A stretch of 64,000 nt of DNA from Patescibacteria group bacterium (GCA_041659045.1 JBAZZB010000001.1:454111-518110); one strand, 5' to 3'. Numbered from the stretch's first letter, positions 1 through 9,947 are shown. Numbers and translations: made by a program. Notes: generated by a model from the letters alone, not told the origin.

Positions 1-1525
1 TCGCTTCCGTGAAGACGGAGGCGAGACCACGTGTGTCGATGGTTTGGGCACCGGGCTGCAAAATTTTTGACGCGACCCACGAGGCTACGACGGCGCCGAC
101 AAGATATTTTCCAAGCGCGCGGAAAATCCCCGAGGCACCGAGGCGGCCGAACTTTCGACGCAAGAAATAGAAAAGCAGCGTGACTTGGACGATCGAGGCA
201 ATGGAGTAGGCGGCCGTGAGCGCGAGCACGCGCACGTCATCGATACTGAACAAAGAGAGCCAGAGCCATGTCGTGGCGCGACCGCTCGTGCCAGAGAGCC
301 AGCCTTTAATGGCAAACGTCGCAACAATATTAGCCATCATCGCCGCAAGCGAGATGACGACGGGGATCCAGGTATTCTTGAGCGCATAGAAAGCGCGCGC
401 CAGAAGCGGTGCTAATCCCTGCAGCGACATCGTCAGAACCGCCAGCGCCAAGGCGGCCGCCGACAAACGCGTATCATTCCAACTGAGCGTTTCCGCACCG
501 ATCAATACGCGAACGATCTGAAGCCGCAAGACGAAGGCGAGCGTCGTAAGCGGCACCAAGAAAAACAGAATCTGTCGAAGCGTCATCGAAAAGGTCGTGC
601 GAAATGCCTCGCGATCATTCCGCGCGGCCGCTTCTGAGAGCGCGGGAAATGCCGCCATGGCGAATGGAATCGCCACGACGCCGACCGGAACCGCCGCGAT
701 GTTCATCGCAAGATTGAAGAGCGCCGGAGCGCCGACGCCGAACGTTGTGCCAATGGCCGTGCCGATAAACTGGCTGATCTGCGAGATGTCGATACCGAAG
801 ATGCGCGGCAAAAATAAGCGCCCCACTTCGCGGACGCCTTCATGTTTCGTATCGAAGACGAAATGCGAGCGCCATCCAAGAGCAATGACGGCCGGGAGCT
901 GTACCAGGAAATGCAGAACGGCGCCCAAAATTGCGCCATAGGCCACGCCGAGCACCCCGAACGGCTTCGACAGTACGACGATGCCGAAGATGATCGAAGC
1001 GTTATAGAGAAGAGGCGCCAGCGATGCTGCCAAGAAGCGCTTATGGGCATTCAGGACGCTTGTGAGCACCGCCGAGAGCGCGAAGACAAACGGCGAGAGC
1101 ATCATGACGCGCGTGAGCGAGATCGTCAGTTCGAGCTTCTCCCCCGTGAAGCCAGGTGCGATGAGCGGCACCAGCTTTGAAGCGCCAATCGACAAGGCAA
1201 GGCAGAGCACACCCATAACGACGCCAACGATCGTCAGAATGCTGTTGGTCATGCGCCACGCATCCTCGCGCTTATCCTTGGCAACGTATTCGGTAAAAAC
1301 GGGAATGAACGCCACGGAGAGCGTTCCGAGAATCAAGAGCGCGAACAGGAAGTTCGGAATTTGAAACGAAGCGTAGTAGGCATCGAGCGCGTCGCTCACG
1401 CCGAAACGGGACACCAAAAGTCGGTCACGGAAGAGTCCGAGAACACGCGAAAGGATCGAACTGACGGCGATTAAAAACGCACCGCCGGCAATCGTTTTGG
1501 ATTCCTGCGTGAACAGTTTGAACAT
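1..1525 (-). CDS. murJ: Lipid II flippase MurJ (3' end runs off window)
   Basis: Manual translation from ATG 1525: MFKLFTQESKTIAGGAFLIAVSSILSRVLGLFRDRLLVSRFGVSDALDAYYASFQIPNFLF...GTLSVAFIPVF, matching the MurJ/MviN N-terminal signature (SRxLGxxRD, DAY, FxIPN). Absent from the ORF track because there is no stop in the window. Confidence 0.93.
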   Translation of the reverse strand, partial: MFKLFTQESKTIAGGAFLIAVSSILSRVLGLFRDRLLVSRFGVSDALDAYYASFQIPNFLFALLILGTLSVAFIPVFTEYVAKDKREDAWRMTNSILTIVGVVMGVLCLALSIGASKLVPLIAPGFTGEKLELTISLTRVMMLSPFVFALSAVLTSVLNAHKRFLAASLAPLLYNASIIFGIVVLSKPFGVLGVAYGAILGAVLHFLVQLPAVIALGWRSHFVFDTKHEGVREVGRLFLPRIFGIDISQISQFIGTAIGTTFGVGAPALFNLAMNIAAVPVGVVAIPFAMAAFPALSEAAARNDREAFRTTFSMTLRQILFFLVPLTTLAFVLRLQIVRVLIGAETLSWNDTRLSAAALALAVLTMSLQGLAPLLARAFYALKNTWIPVVISLAAMMANIVATFAIKGWLSGTSGRATTWLWLSLFSIDDVRVLALTAAYSIASIVQVTLLFYFLRRKFGRLGASGIFRALGKYLVGAVVASWVASKILQPGAQTIDTRGLASVFTEA

Positions 1526-1529
1526 GTTC

Positions 1530-2573
1530 CTATTTCAACGCGTCGACCGTTTCGCGCGCGATCATGCTTTCCTCGTCGGTCGGCACGACCAGCGCTTTCA
1601 GCTTGAACGGTTTCAACCACTTCATGATCATGGCACGGATCTCTTTGGAGCGCTCCCCCACTCCGGCGGTAAAGACCACCGCGTCGCAGCCACCCATGAC
1701 GGTCATATACTGACCGACGTACCGCACGACGTCGTACACGAACATCTCGAGCGCGAGTTTGGAGCGCTTATCGCCTGTTGCAGCTTTCGCCAGTACGTCG
1801 CGCATATCCATCGTGCCGGCGATGCCAAGCATGCCGCTCTTCTTATTCAGAAGATCATCAACCTGGTCCGGGGTCATCTTGAGCTCGCGGATCAACCAGA
1901 GCGGAATCTCCGGATCGATGTCTCCACAACGCGTGGACATGGTCAGGCCTTCGAGCGGCGTGAAACCCATGCTCGTGTCGACCGCTTTGCCGTTCTTCAC
2001 CGCAGTCACCGAAGCACCACTGCCGAGGTGGCACGTGACAAGCTTCAATTTCGCGAGCGGCTTCTTCAGTTTTTTCGCCGCCTCGCCCGCGACGTAGGCG
2101 TGCGAGATGCCGTGAAAACCGTATTTACGTACGCCGTGCTTTTCATAGAGCGTATAGGGCAAGGCGTACATGTAGGCGTAGTCCGGCAGATCGCGGTAGA
2201 ACGCCGTGTCAAAAACGGCGACGTTCGGCACGCCTGGCAGCAGCTTCATGGCCGCTTCGATTCCAAGAACGTTCGGCGGATTGTGCAACGGCGCGAGCTT
2301 GTACAACGCCTTCAGTTTTGAAATGACGCGCGCGTCGAGCGCGGTCGGCGCGAGAAATTCGCTTCCTCCATGCACGACGCGATGTCCGACAGCCGTGACT
2401 TTTTGCGGATCAAAACCTTTTTTCTTGAGATCGGAAAAAGCGCTCGAAAGCGCGCCGGCATAGTCGCCATTCACGCGTTCGATTAAACCGGAGGCCAAGA
2501 CCTTCAGTTTGGGGTTCAGGAGCTTGTATTTGAGCGAGGACGACCCGCAATTGATGACAAGAATCATGGGCAC
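1530..2573 (-). CDS. ackA: Acetate kinase (compact, 347 aa)
   Basis: Motifs ILVINCGSSSLKY, GHRVVHGG, APLHNP, VFDTAF, YGFHG, CHLGSGAS, TSMGFTPLEG, FTAGVGE, PTDEE. Confidence 0.97.
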   Translation of the reverse strand: MPMILVINCGSSSLKYKLLNPKLKVLASGLIERVNGDYAGALSSAFSDLKKKGFDPQKVTAVGHRVVHGGSEFLAPTALDARVISKLKALYKLAPLHNPPNVLGIEAAMKLLPGVPNVAVFDTAFYRDLPDYAYMYALPYTLYEKHGVRKYGFHGISHAYVAGEAAKKLKKPLAKLKLVTCHLGSGASVTAVKNGKAVDTSMGFTPLEGLTMSTRCGDIDPEIPLWLIRELKMTPDQVDDLLNKKSGMLGIAGTMDMRDVLAKAATGDKRSKLALEMFVYDVVRYVGQYMTVMGGCDAVVFTAGVGERSKEIRAMIMKWLKPFKLKALVVPTDEESMIARETVDALK

Positions 2574-2585
2574 ACTTTACACGGC

Positions 2586-3203
2586 TCACGCCGCTTTCGA
2601 CCAGACATCGACGATCTTTCCGATTGCGCCCTGGGCGGAAAGTGAGGCGGCATTCGCCTCGTCTGTATCCAAATGAATATTCATGCGGAAACTCGGATGC
2701 ACGCGTACCGCGACATCGTGCACCGTGATCGGCGTGTCGCCAGGCACGCGCACGGAAAGCACGTCGCCATTCTTAAGCCCGAGCGCTTCCGCTTCTTTAT
2801 CGGAAATATGAAGATGTCGCGCGTCGTTGATGACGCCTTCACTGAGTTCAACCGAGCCCTTGGGTCCGATCAATTCGCACTTTCCCGTTCCAGCCAAGTC
2901 ACCAGACACGCGCACGGGCGTTTCGATCCCAAGCTTGAAGCCGTCGGAAAACGCCAACTCAACTTGCGACTGCTTGCGGCAAGGTCCGAGCACGCGCGCT
3001 TCGGCTTGTCCTTTTGCGCCCTTCACGATGACTTTTTCCTCGTAGGCGTACTGCCCGGTTTGAGACAATTCTTTTAATTGCGTCATCTGATATCCGGCGC
3101 CGAAAAGAATGTCTTGATGCTCTTGCGAAAGGTGCACGTGGCGCGCCGAATATTCGATGCGCACGTCGTGGCCGCTTGCGGGGTGTTCAGCGTGGGTCGT
3201 CAT
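2586..3203 (-). CDS. pduL: PduL-family phosphate acyltransferase (phosphotransacylase)
   Basis: Duplicated RHxH motifs (SARHVHLS, ARHLHIS), LSQxGQY, RVLGP, RVSGDL and HLDTDEANA. Confidence 0.93.
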   Translation of the reverse strand: MTTHAEHPASGHDVRIEYSARHVHLSQEHQDILFGAGYQMTQLKELSQTGQYAYEEKVIVKGAKGQAEARVLGPCRKQSQVELAFSDGFKLGIETPVRVSGDLAGTGKCELIGPKGSVELSEGVINDARHLHISDKEAEALGLKNGDVLSVRVPGDTPITVHDVAVRVHPSFRMNIHLDTDEANAASLSAQGAIGKIVDVWSKAA

Positions 3204-3684
3204 AATGCTTCACGATCGGAGTTTCATCATAGCGGAGGAAGGCGCGCAGGAACCGCGCGATCAATGTCTTTTCTTCTGTCTTTCCGAATTTCTTCAAGCG
3301 AGACTTCGGCGCGTGGAACGTCGTAACGGCGAGTTCGATCACCTTCGCGTTCATGCGCACAATCCAACCGAGAAGCCCCGTCTTCCACATCGGGTTTGAA
3401 AGACGCTTGTTCGTAATCTTAATGGCGCTGTCGGGACACACGCGCTCGCAGGTTTCGCAGCCAATGCACTTGTCGAGATCGATGTAGATGCCCGGCTCGC
3501 CGAGCATGCCCAAATCCTTGTTGTGCCACGAGATGGCGTTTACCGGGCACTTCAAGACACACACACCGCAAGATTTGCAGAGCCCAAGGAACCGCGTGAC
3601 ACGGATTTTTGAGTTCTCTTCAGTTTTCGGACGGAAACGCTGGAGTTCTTCCGGCGTGCCACGGTCCATATCAAGCGAGGGCAT
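3187..3684 (-). CDS. 2x[4Fe-4S] ferredoxin / delta subunit of 2-oxoacid:ferredoxin oxidoreductase, with a basic C-terminal extension
   Basis: CKSCGVCVLKCP and CIGCETCERVCP motifs; lies within the OFOR operon. Confidence 0.88.
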   Translation of the reverse strand: MPSLDMDRGTPEELQRFRPKTEENSKIRVTRFLGLCKSCGVCVLKCPVNAISWHNKDLGMLGEPGIYIDLDKCIGCETCERVCPDSAIKITNKRLSNPMWKTGLLGWIVRMNAKVIELAVTTFHAPKSRLKKFGKTEEKTLIARFLRAFLRYDETPIVKHYDDPR

Positions 3685-4219
3685 AGCCTTTGTCGAACGC
3701 TTTACGATTCAATTCCTTGAGCGACGGATCCTTCACATACTTCGAAGCGAAGACGTGATCGAGCGCCGCTTCGAATTTATTCTTGTCGAGTCCGGGAATG
3801 AGTTTCACCATGGCGCCCATGATGATCATGTTGAAGACGCGCGGCTTCTTGAATTCTTCCTTGGCGATCTTGCCCGCGTCGATTTCGCGCGGATGCCAGC
3901 GCTCGAGTTTAGAAAGATCTTTCACGAGGTAGCTGTTCACAATGACTTTCGTGTCGTCTTTCAAAAATCCATGAATGCGGTCAACCGCACGCTGCGAGAG
4001 CACGACCCACAAATCAGCCTTCTCGAATTTCGGATACGCCGGCGCAACGTCGCCGATTTGCGCATACGCCTCGGTTACACCGCCGCGCTTCTCTGTTGAG
4101 AAGTATGGCACGTACACGGCTTTCTTCCCTTGTTCAAACGCCGCAATCGCAATGATCTTGGCGATCGATTGCACGCCCTGCCCCCCTTCGCCGCAGATGA
4201 CGATTTTAAACGTATCCAT
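3671..4219 (-). CDS. 2-oxoacid:ferredoxin oxidoreductase gamma subunit
   Basis: GEGGQGV, EKRGG and NMIIMGA motifs; start adjusted to ATG 4219. Confidence 0.92.
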   Translation of the reverse strand: MDTFKIVICGEGGQGVQSIAKIIAIAAFEQGKKAVYVPYFSTEKRGGVTEAYAQIGDVAPAYPKFEKADLWVVLSQRAVDRIHGFLKDDTKVIVNSYLVKDLSKLERWHPREIDAGKIAKEEFKKPRVFNMIIMGAMVKLIPGLDKNKFEAALDHVFASKYVKDPSLKELNRKAFDKGYALA

Positions 4220-4220
4220 A

Positions 4221-4949
4221 CTAGAAGCGTCCCAGTTTGTAGACCGCCGCCATCTTCTTCTCAAGAATGTCGAACGTTTCGTTGGGCTTGTCGATCGTGC
4301 CCCAGTTGAGCGTGCAGGGCGACAGCACTTCCAAGAACGCGAAGCCCTTATTCTCTTTCACGAAGGCCAGCCCTTCCTTCATATATTTCCGGAGTTCGAG
4401 TTGACGCGTCGTAATACCGCGCGCGACCCATGCCGTCGGATTCAGGTGACGGATAAGGTTCGGTCCTTTGACGTAATGATTGTCGGCGCCGTATGGCGTC
4501 GTGATGGTTTTGGTGCCTGGCAACGTCGTCGGAGCCTCTTGGCCGCCGGTCATGGCGTAGACCGCGTTGTTCACGACAATCACGAAGACGTTGTCATTTC
4601 GAATCGCTGCGTTCAAAAGAGAACCCATGCCGATCGCGTAGGCTCCGCCATCACCGACGTAAGCCACCGGAATCGCTTGCGGATTGCCACGCTTCACGCC
4701 GACCATGACAGGCACGGTGCGTCCGTGGTGCGTTTCGATCGTGTCGATGTTGAAAAAATCAAACGCCAAGAGAGAGCAGCCGATGTCGACTCCGAAGGCC
4801 AGGCGTTTTTGAATACCGAGTTCGTCGACAGCGAAACCAAAGGCCTTTAAAACCTCCGGATGTCCGCAACCAGGACAAAACAGGTGCGGCTTCGATTCGA
4901 CGCGTACACACTTCGGGAACGCGAGCTGGGCGGCAGAAGGATGGCTCAT
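4221..4949 (-). CDS. 2-oxoacid:ferredoxin oxidoreductase beta subunit (TPP-binding)
   Basis: FCPGCGH, DIGC, HGR, GDG...NN TPP motif, MTGGQxAPTT, SPC. Confidence 0.94.
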   Translation of the reverse strand: MSHPSAAQLAFPKCVRVESKPHLFCPGCGHPEVLKAFGFAVDELGIQKRLAFGVDIGCSLLAFDFFNIDTIETHHGRTVPVMVGVKRGNPQAIPVAYVGDGGAYAIGMGSLLNAAIRNDNVFVIVVNNAVYAMTGGQEAPTTLPGTKTITTPYGADNHYVKGPNLIRHLNPTAWVARGITTRQLELRKYMKEGLAFVKENKGFAFLEVLSPCTLNWGTIDKPNETFDILEKKMAAVYKLGRF

Positions 4950-6079
4950 ACTTCAGGCATATCCGTAATCAGCCGCATAATTTCCTCGACGGAAATACCG
5001 ATCGAGGGGCGGTGGTATTCGATCATCGGAGCGTCGGTTACGCCGTAGAGCTGCTCTTTGACGAGACGCGAAAGTTGGGCAATTGCCGACTCTGGCACGA
5101 TGATGCGCTTAGCGCCTTTCGCGGCCGCACGCATCGCTTTCGTTGGGAAGGGCCGGAGGGTAATGGGTCGGAACAGGCGCGCCTTGCCTCCCGTCTGATC
5201 GATCGCCTGTTTGGCCGCCGAACCGACGATACCGAAAGCAACGATCAAAATTTCAGCATTCGGATCGCCATACGTTTCATGCTCTTCAATTTCCGGAGCG
5301 ACCTTGTCCCACGCCGCCTTGATTTCAAGATTGACTTGCAGTGTTTCCTCTTCAAGGTTCAAACAGTTTCGGTAACAGGAATATTCAACTCCGTCCTGAT
5401 TGCGAATATGTACTTCTGGCGTCGGCACGACCTCGTTGATTGGCCGGTCGCGTTTTTCTTCAAGCAGATATCTTTCCGTCGGCGTCATTTCAACACCTCT
5501 GCTCGCCGGCTCGTAGATTTCAACTTCTCCCATCATCTTGGCTTGATAGCCATCAGCCAACAAAAAAGTCGGGAAGCGATATTTCCACGCCGTGTTGAAC
5601 GCTTTGATGCCGTAGTCGTACAGCTCTTGAAGATTTCCCGGCGCGTAGACGATGCGGTAGCCGTTACCGTTGCCGCCGAACGCCGTCAGGTTCACTTCGG
5701 ACTGCGAATAGATAACCGTCGACGTCGATGGTCCACCGCGTTGGTTGATATAGGCGACGACCGGCAAACGCATGGCTTCACACATCGAGAAGGCGTCTTG
5801 CATGAGCACGTTGCCAGGACCAGCAGTGGCGGTGAAGGCTTTTTGCCCGGAGAGTACGGCGCCGAGCAACATGAACGACGCGCCGATTTCGTCTTCCGCC
5901 TGCACGAACACCATGCCGTCCTTCTTCCCCTTCTCGCTTCCAGCTTCCTTGGCCCACCACAACAAAATTTCCGATCCCGGTGTGATCGGATAGCCGTACA
6001 TCCCCGTTGCTCCCGCAGCACGAGCCGCAAGCGCCAGGATCTCATTGCCCATCAGGAAGCGTTTTTCTGGCATGTACAA
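4946..6079 (-). CDS. 2-oxoacid:ferredoxin oxidoreductase alpha subunit (VorB/KorA-like)
   Basis: GNE, GYPITP, QAEDE, TATAGPG, QRGGPST and RPITLRPFP. Confidence 0.94.
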   Translation of the reverse strand: MYMPEKRFLMGNEILALAARAAGATGMYGYPITPGSEILLWWAKEAGSEKGKKDGMVFVQAEDEIGASFMLLGAVLSGQKAFTATAGPGNVLMQDAFSMCEAMRLPVVAYINQRGGPSTSTVIYSQSEVNLTAFGGNGNGYRIVYAPGNLQELYDYGIKAFNTAWKYRFPTFLLADGYQAKMMGEVEIYEPASRGVEMTPTERYLLEEKRDRPINEVVPTPEVHIRNQDGVEYSCYRNCLNLEEETLQVNLEIKAAWDKVAPEIEEHETYGDPNAEILIVAFGIVGSAAKQAIDQTGGKARLFRPITLRPFPTKAMRAAAKGAKRIIVPESAIAQLSRLVKEQLYGVTDAPMIEYHRPSIGISVEEIMRLITDMPEV

Positions 6080-6098
6080 AAAATGATGGTCTATACCA

Positions 6099-6437
6099 TC
6101 ATTCTAATGCCCACGGCGATTTCTTGGGAGTGTACAACCAGAAGAGGTCGTCTCCTTCGACCGCGATTTCGATTTTTTCAAGCTCAGAGCCTTCGGGTGC
6201 TCCCCCGGCATCGGGGACGGCGATGCCGGTTTTACAGTCGAACTGGCCGCCGTGCCAGTCACATTCGAGGACTTCTCCGGTACAACGAAGCTTGCCGCCC
6301 ATATGGGTGCAGAAGTTCACGTAGCCGCGAAGACCGTCGCCCGTGTTGACGACGATCAAGTCTTTTCCGATTGCGCGATAGCTTTTGGCGCGGCCAGCGG
6401 CGATCTCTGAAACTTTTCCAAGCGGAATCTTTTGCAT
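6099..6437 (-). CDS. Rieske [2Fe-2S] ferredoxin
   Basis: CTHMG...CDWHGGQFD Rieske ligand pattern; start adjusted to ATG 6437. Confidence 0.9.
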   Translation of the reverse strand: MQKIPLGKVSEIAAGRAKSYRAIGKDLIVVNTGDGLRGYVNFCTHMGGKLRCTGEVLECDWHGGQFDCKTGIAVPDAGGAPEGSELEKIEIAVEGDDLFWLYTPKKSPWALE

Positions 6438-6438
6438 G

Positions 6439-8121
6439 CTAGCGAATGACGCCTCCCCACTCAACAAGCGTGAAACCATCGCGCTTCGGCGTGCGGATCG
6501 TGAAGCCTTCAACCGAGATCGGTTTTTCGAGCGGCAGGAAGTCCATGAGCACACGGATGACCGTGTCCGGTTTCGGCGTGACGTTGAGAGGTGCTAACGC
6601 GTCCATGGCGCGGTTCCCAAGGAAGGTCACAAAGTAGTACGGCGAGCCTGTCATGCGCGGTTCCCAGAATTCAATGAAGTCGGCACGTTCTTGTGTGTTA
6701 AGACCGAGCGAGGAAAGTTTTTCGATCAGGAATCCGTGGACGTCTTTCTGTGCCACGACAAATCCTTGCTTCGGCGTCTCATACAAGCCACCGCGCCCTT
6801 CCCAGAAAAGATACGGGTACGTTTTGCCATCCTTCAAGTTCGTGAGTTCGCCCTTGGACGTCGCACGGACATTCCAACCGCCATCATAGGCAGGTTCCGT
6901 GACCGTGAATCCTCCTTGCGGATACAACTTCACGCTGACGTCGGTTGTCTCTTCAGGATAGAGGTAGATGACGGGCTTGCCGCATTCGACCGCGGGCAAG
7001 AATGCAGCCTTCTGAAATTTTGCCAGTCGGCCGAAAGCATCGCGCCAGAAAAACAGCGGTTGTGCCTTCACGAAATCTTGGTACAACATTTTATCGTCAC
7101 CACGTCCAAGCGCGTAACTGTTCTCATAGGTATCCCTGAGCAGTGCGTGATCGGCGTTCTTGAGGGTGTACACGTTTTCACCTTGTGCCGTCTTACCAGC
7201 GACGCTCAAATCGCCGAGCGCGATACCCTGGACGACTGACAGGAAGTTGGATGCGCCGCATCCGCCAACATCGGTCGCCCAATACTCTTCCGTATTCTTC
7301 ATGCCGTTGCTCCAAGTAACCTCTGGCACGTGCAGATTCTCGTCATAGAACGGAATGTCGAGCGCATAGGCGCGGACCGTTCCATCCGGAGCTACCGCAT
7401 AGAAACCGTGCTGCGGGCGCTCAACCCCTTCGGCGTCGGTGTACAGCGTGCCGAGAGTCGGATGAACGAATGCGATCTTCTTGCCCTTCAGATCGAAAAA
7501 TGGCGCATCTTTCTGAGGATGCTGCTGGCTGAAAAAAGACAGTTGTTGAATGCGCAGTGTCGCGCCGTCTTGCTCGATCGTTTCGGGGAAGACGAGATCA
7601 GGAATAACGATCGTTGCGTCAAACGAGAATTTTTCGGCATCAAAACGCACCGGACCATATTCGTTCGGTACCATATCCACGGTCGCCGAGTGATTGGCGA
7701 GCATCACCGGCTTGCCTTCTTGAGGAAGCAGCACGTGATAGGTCGTATAATCGCCCATGTTCTGTGGTGTAACGCTCACGAACACCACCTGCGCGCCGGC
7801 ATACGGTCCAGCGACGACCGTGCCCACACTGCGCATCTTGTCTTGCGGCGGGAATTCGGTTTTCCTCTGCTGTGCGATCATTTCATTGTACGCATCTGTG
7901 AAAAGATCGATGCCAGAAATTTCTTTCGGCGCCGACCATTTCACTTCCAGGGTCAACGTTGCGCTTGTCGTCTGTTGAGAATCCGGGGTTGAAATCTCAT
8001 TTACAGGCTCGGCAGGTTCATTCATCGTAACCGGCTTTTGATGCACGAACGCGAAATACGCGACGCTGGTGAGCGCAATGACCGCGAAAGCGACCATCAG
8101 GCGAAAATAGTGTTTGTTCAT
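6439..8121 (-). CDS. Membrane-anchored hypothetical protein with a conserved C-terminal KPVIYLYP domain
   Basis: N-terminal TM. The C-terminal CGKPVIYLYP...YPYLFWEG...DFIEFWEP...EWGG pattern is a widespread uncharacterised domain. Confidence 0.75.
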   Translation of the reverse strand: MNKHYFRLMVAFAVIALTSVAYFAFVHQKPVTMNEPAEPVNEISTPDSQQTTSATLTLEVKWSAPKEISGIDLFTDAYNEMIAQQRKTEFPPQDKMRSVGTVVAGPYAGAQVVFVSVTPQNMGDYTTYHVLLPQEGKPVMLANHSATVDMVPNEYGPVRFDAEKFSFDATIVIPDLVFPETIEQDGATLRIQQLSFFSQQHPQKDAPFFDLKGKKIAFVHPTLGTLYTDAEGVERPQHGFYAVAPDGTVRAYALDIPFYDENLHVPEVTWSNGMKNTEEYWATDVGGCGASNFLSVVQGIALGDLSVAGKTAQGENVYTLKNADHALLRDTYENSYALGRGDDKMLYQDFVKAQPLFFWRDAFGRLAKFQKAAFLPAVECGKPVIYLYPEETTDVSVKLYPQGGFTVTEPAYDGGWNVRATSKGELTNLKDGKTYPYLFWEGRGGLYETPKQGFVVAQKDVHGFLIEKLSSLGLNTQERADFIEFWEPRMTGSPYYFVTFLGNRAMDALAPLNVTPKPDTVIRVLMDFLPLEKPISVEGFTIRTPKRDGFTLVEWGGVIR

Positions 8122-9947
8122 AGAGATGATTTGAGCGTAAACATTCCAGACTCAACGGACGCTTTCACGTCGTCGGAGACGTTAGAATCCTGTCCGAGCG
8201 TTCGTAGCAGCATACGGCGTTTTTCATACGACATCAAGCGTGGTTGACCATTGCGGATATCGAACGGCATGAGGTGAAAGACCGTTTCTTTACCATCATC
8301 GGCGATACCTACGGCCAAGCCTTCGCTCGTCGCCGCGCTAAAAGACTGATCGAAGATGAAATTTCCGAGCGAATAGAAGATTGCCTTCCCATTATACACC
8401 TCAATCGTTTGAAGGACGTGCGGGTGCGCGCCGATGATGACATCCGCTCCCGCGTCGATGAAGCGATGCGCGAGTTCTGTCTGCGTTCGAGTGGGTCGGC
8501 GTTCATATTCAACGCCCCAATGCGGGTACACAACAACAAAGGCTCCGCCTTTTTTTGCCGTACCAATCGCTTTCACAACATCATCCGCACCTTGCCCGGC
8601 GAACTGATGGAAGCCGATCTGTGCAACGCGACGTCCGCGCACAGAAGTAACGTTCATGATCTCGCTTTGGTTGGAGGGGTCGCCAAAGGTGTTCATTCCA
8701 GCAGCCTGAATCAAGCCTCGAGCCGCGACCAGGGCTTCTCTACCGAAATTATTGGAATGATTATTCGCGAGGCCGAGATGTGTGAATCCTGTGCGCGCGA
8801 GCGTCGCGAGCCACGCCGGTTCAAACGGAAACCGCAGATCATCCGGCTCGACCGGTTTTTGCGCTTCAGAAACATCGCTAAAGACGCCCTCGGCATTGGT
8901 CGTCACAAGATCGCTCCCTTTATAGAGACGGCGCATGCCGTCGAACAAGAACGCCACGCCGTTGCGCTGAATCGTCGCCTCCACACCGCGCGCGAGCATC
9001 ATGTCGCCGAACGCGAGAAGCGTGACGGTAGGATCCACGTCTTTTTTTCCCTTCGCGAAGGAACCGACGATATAGCTTGTAACGCCGGGCTGCGACGGCT
9101 GCTTCGTCAGCTCTGCCGAGTTCGAGTGCGCGAAGAGCGTAAAACGCCGCGCCTTGAGACCCTCGAGATGCCGCATCACCAGACGCAAACCCTGCATCGA
9201 GTCGATGTCGAGCGAACGCGCGCCTTCGTCATCCAGCGAACGAATCACCGTCATGCTTTTACGATCATGGAAGCGCGCCGCGGTGTCGGTCAACTCGTGC
9301 GTGAAATCGAAGGAGCCGACGACCAAAACGCGCGAACCAAAAATATCGCGAATCCCCTCTACCGCTTTTTCGATTTCTTCATCAGTCGCCGTCTCTTTGA
9401 TCATGAGCGGCACAACACGCGCGTTCGGTAACGATTTTTTGATGAACGGCACGATGCCGGAAATACCGTGTTCGCGTGCGAACGGTTCCTCTTCAATCGT
9501 AACCGCTCCCTTCTGAGCCAAGCGTTCGACCGCGTCGCAATCACTCTCAAGTTGGCCGTACGGCGTGCGCCAAGCGGATGGTGTCGCAATGATCGAACCA
9601 CGACCGCTCATAAAATGATTCGGGCTCACAAGCACGACGGTCACTCTTTTCTCGGTCGCTACCGCGCCAAACGCTTCAGCAATATAGGGGGCCGCCAACA
9701 AATGATGAGGCACGATGAGTCCTTTGATGCTGGGGTCCGTCTTACGCGCCGCGGCATTCCGATAGGCTTCATCAAAGATCTCCGGGGTGCTGAAATACGA
9801 ATACTGGATCGTCTCCGGACAGATCAACGCAAGTCGACGTTCTTCGATCAGCTCCGTCCAAATGAAAAAAGCGCCAAGAAGCGCGGCAACAAAAATCGTT
9901 CCGATCAGGGCGTTACGAGCGATCCTTCGCGCGAGCGTTTTTGGCAT
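8118..9947 (-). CDS. AmmeMemoRadiSam protein B (Memo-like) fused to a CapA/PGA_cap metallophosphatase domain
   Basis: Memo part: VPHH, SPNH, EHG, DFTH. CapA part: GDMML, LANNH, YPHWGVEY, IGAHPHV, YSLGNFIF. Alternative start at 9977. Confidence 0.88.
   Translation of the reverse strand: MPKTLARRIARNALIGTIFVAALLGAFFIWTELIEERRLALICPETIQYSYFSTPEIFDEAYRNAAARKTDPSIKGLIVPHHLLAAPYIAEAFGAVATEKRVTVVLVSPNHFMSGRGSIIATPSAWRTPYGQLESDCDAVERLAQKGAVTIEEEPFAREHGISGIVPFIKKSLPNARVVPLMIKETATDEEIEKAVEGIRDIFGSRVLVVGSFDFTHELTDTAARFHDRKSMTVIRSLDDEGARSLDIDSMQGLRLVMRHLEGLKARRFTLFAHSNSAELTKQPSQPGVTSYIVGSFAKGKKDVDPTVTLLAFGDMMLARGVEATIQRNGVAFLFDGMRRLYKGSDLVTTNAEGVFSDVSEAQKPVEPDDLRFPFEPAWLATLARTGFTHLGLANNHSNNFGREALVAARGLIQAAGMNTFGDPSNQSEIMNVTSVRGRRVAQIGFHQFAGQGADDVVKAIGTAKKGGAFVVVYPHWGVEYERRPTRTQTELAHRFIDAGADVIIGAHPHVLQTIEVYNGKAIFYSLGNFIFDQSFSAATSEGLAVGIADDGKETVFHLMPFDIRNGQPRLMSYEKRRMLLRTLGQDSNVSDDVKASVESGMFTLKSSL

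Noticed and set aside
5012-6349. Long plus-strand ORF (445 aa), and similar long antisense ORFs at 8244, 33825, 36463, 38133 and 49937
   Set aside because: These are shadows of well-supported genes on the opposite strand, expected with GC-rich codon usage, and carry no motifs.
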